From the NCBI GenBank assembly GCA_016869675.1, contig VGDP01000007.1:4286-68285 (forward strand): a stretch of 64,000 nt of DNA, written 5' to 3'. This document shows positions 62,922-64,000 of this stretch, in pieces; position 1 is the first letter of the stretch, and each line of letters starts with the position of its first letter. A model generated the notes under the pieces. That model did no database searches. It saw only the letters and a program-made list of their open reading frames with translations, and was not told the DNA's origin. The stretch comes from Alphaproteobacteria bacterium (GTDB lineage: Bacteria > Pseudomonadota > Alphaproteobacteria > SP197). A program made the position numbers and the translations under genes.

Positions 62922-64000
62922 ATGCTGATGACCGGCGCCGCCTACAGGGATTCGATCCGCGACGATCGCCTGGTCTGGATGAACGGCGAGCGGGTCAAGG
63001 ACGTGACCCAGCACCCGGCGTTCACGCCGATCATCGATGCCCGCGCGCGCATCTACGACATGGCGCACGAAGCCAAGTTCCGCGACGCCATGGCCTACAG
63101 CCAGGCCAACGAGCAGTACCCCGTTTCCTACAAGCTGCCCTACACCCAGGGCGACTGGCACGCCAAGCGCCGCTGGGTCGACACGGTGATGCGCGAGCTG
63201 GGTGGCGTGGTGATCCGCATCGGCGACGAAACGGTCGGCGAGATGTGGTCGTTGTGGGACGGCAAGGACGTGCTGAACGAGGTCGACGACAGCTGGTCGG
63301 CCAACATCGAGAAGCACATCCAGAACGTGCTGCGCAACGACGTGTTCCACGTCTCGGCCAACACGGACCCGAAGGGCGACCGGTCCAAGCGGCCGCAGGA
63401 CCAGGACCCTGACATGCTGCTGCACGTGGTCAAGGAGACCGACGCGGGCGTCGTGGTGCGCGGCGCCAAGTACGAAACCGCCGCGGCGTACGCCCACCAG
63501 GCGTTCGTCAAGCCGACCATCGCCAACTGGGGCGACGACAAGCTGAGCGACTACGCGCTGGGCTTCATCTGCCCGATGAACGCGCCGGGGCTGAAGCACA
63601 TCTGCCGCACCGGCTTCGCCCAGCGCGTCAAGGGCCAGGACTACCCCATCGCCAGCCGGTTCGACGAGATCGACACGCTCCTGGTGTTCGACGACGTGTT
63701 CGTACCGTGGGAGAATCTCCTGTTCTACCGGCACACGCGCGCAGCCTCGTTCATCCGCGGCACGCTGCACCGCTACAGTGCGTTCCCCTTCGTGTTGCGC
63801 CTCCTCTACATCGCCGACATGCTGATCGGCGCGGCGCTATTCAACGCGCGCCAGACCGGCCTGCACCACCAGCAGGCGGTGCGCGAGAAGCTGGCCGAGC
63901 TGGCGTGCTATCGCGAGGGCATCAACGCGCACCTGACGGCCGCCATCGCCATGGGCCAGAAGAGCCCGAACGGCCTGCTGATGCCGAACCAGTCGCTCTT
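62922..64000 (+). CDS. 4-hydroxyphenylacetate 3-hydroxylase (HpaB)-family flavin monooxygenase, runs off the window edge
   Basis: Manual translation MLMTGAAYRDSIRD..VWMNGERVKDVT.HPAF...DPKGDRSK...VVRGAKY...RFDEIDTLLVFDDVFVPWE; GGAGG RBS. Confidence 0.85.
   Translation, partial: MLMTGAAYRDSIRDDRLVWMNGERVKDVTQHPAFTPIIDARARIYDMAHEAKFRDAMAYSQANEQYPVSYKLPYTQGDWHAKRRWVDTVMRELGGVVIRIGDETVGEMWSLWDGKDVLNEVDDSWSANIEKHIQNVLRNDVFHVSANTDPKGDRSKRPQDQDPDMLLHVVKETDAGVVVRGAKYETAAAYAHQAFVKPTIANWGDDKLSDYALGFICPMNAPGLKHICRTGFAQRVKGQDYPIASRFDEIDTLLVFDDVFVPWENLLFYRHTRAASFIRGTLHRYSAFPFVLRLLYIADMLIGAALFNARQTGLHHQQAVREKLAELACYREGINAHLTAAIAMGQKSPNGLLMPNQSL

Overview
64 kb of high-GC alphaproteobacterial chromosome with Rhodospirillales-like gene content and order. 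The backbone is housekeeping: holC/pepA, rpmH-rnpA-yidD-yidC-engB-argB, dapD-dapE, def-fmt-truA, rmuC, ffs(SRP RNA)-dnaX-ybaB-recR, nudC, kdsB-pheA, cytochrome c, and ribF-ileS-lspA-pgi-mutL. Accessory genes are interspersed among these. Main observations: (1) decay is selective, with about 9 accessory genes carrying in-frame TAG stops, frameshifts or apparent microhomology deletions while core genes keep open frames; (2) three families of short palindromic intergenic repeats are present, including a nested composite at 38.0-38.3 kb; (3) a HigB/RelE-type toxin ORF lacks its normal stop and overprints its whole antitoxin; (4) a possible uncharacterised catabolic cluster at 58-64 kb holds a DddP-like M24 metalloenzyme, a BesD/HalD-like HxD oxygenase, a class III aminotransferase, a LysR regulator and an HpaB-family monooxygenase; (5) FNR-, CtrA-, LysR-, ArsR- and HigA-type DNA motifs are readable. 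I saw no CRISPR array, tRNA, rRNA, transposase or prophage. All product calls come from recognising motifs by eye, not from database searches.
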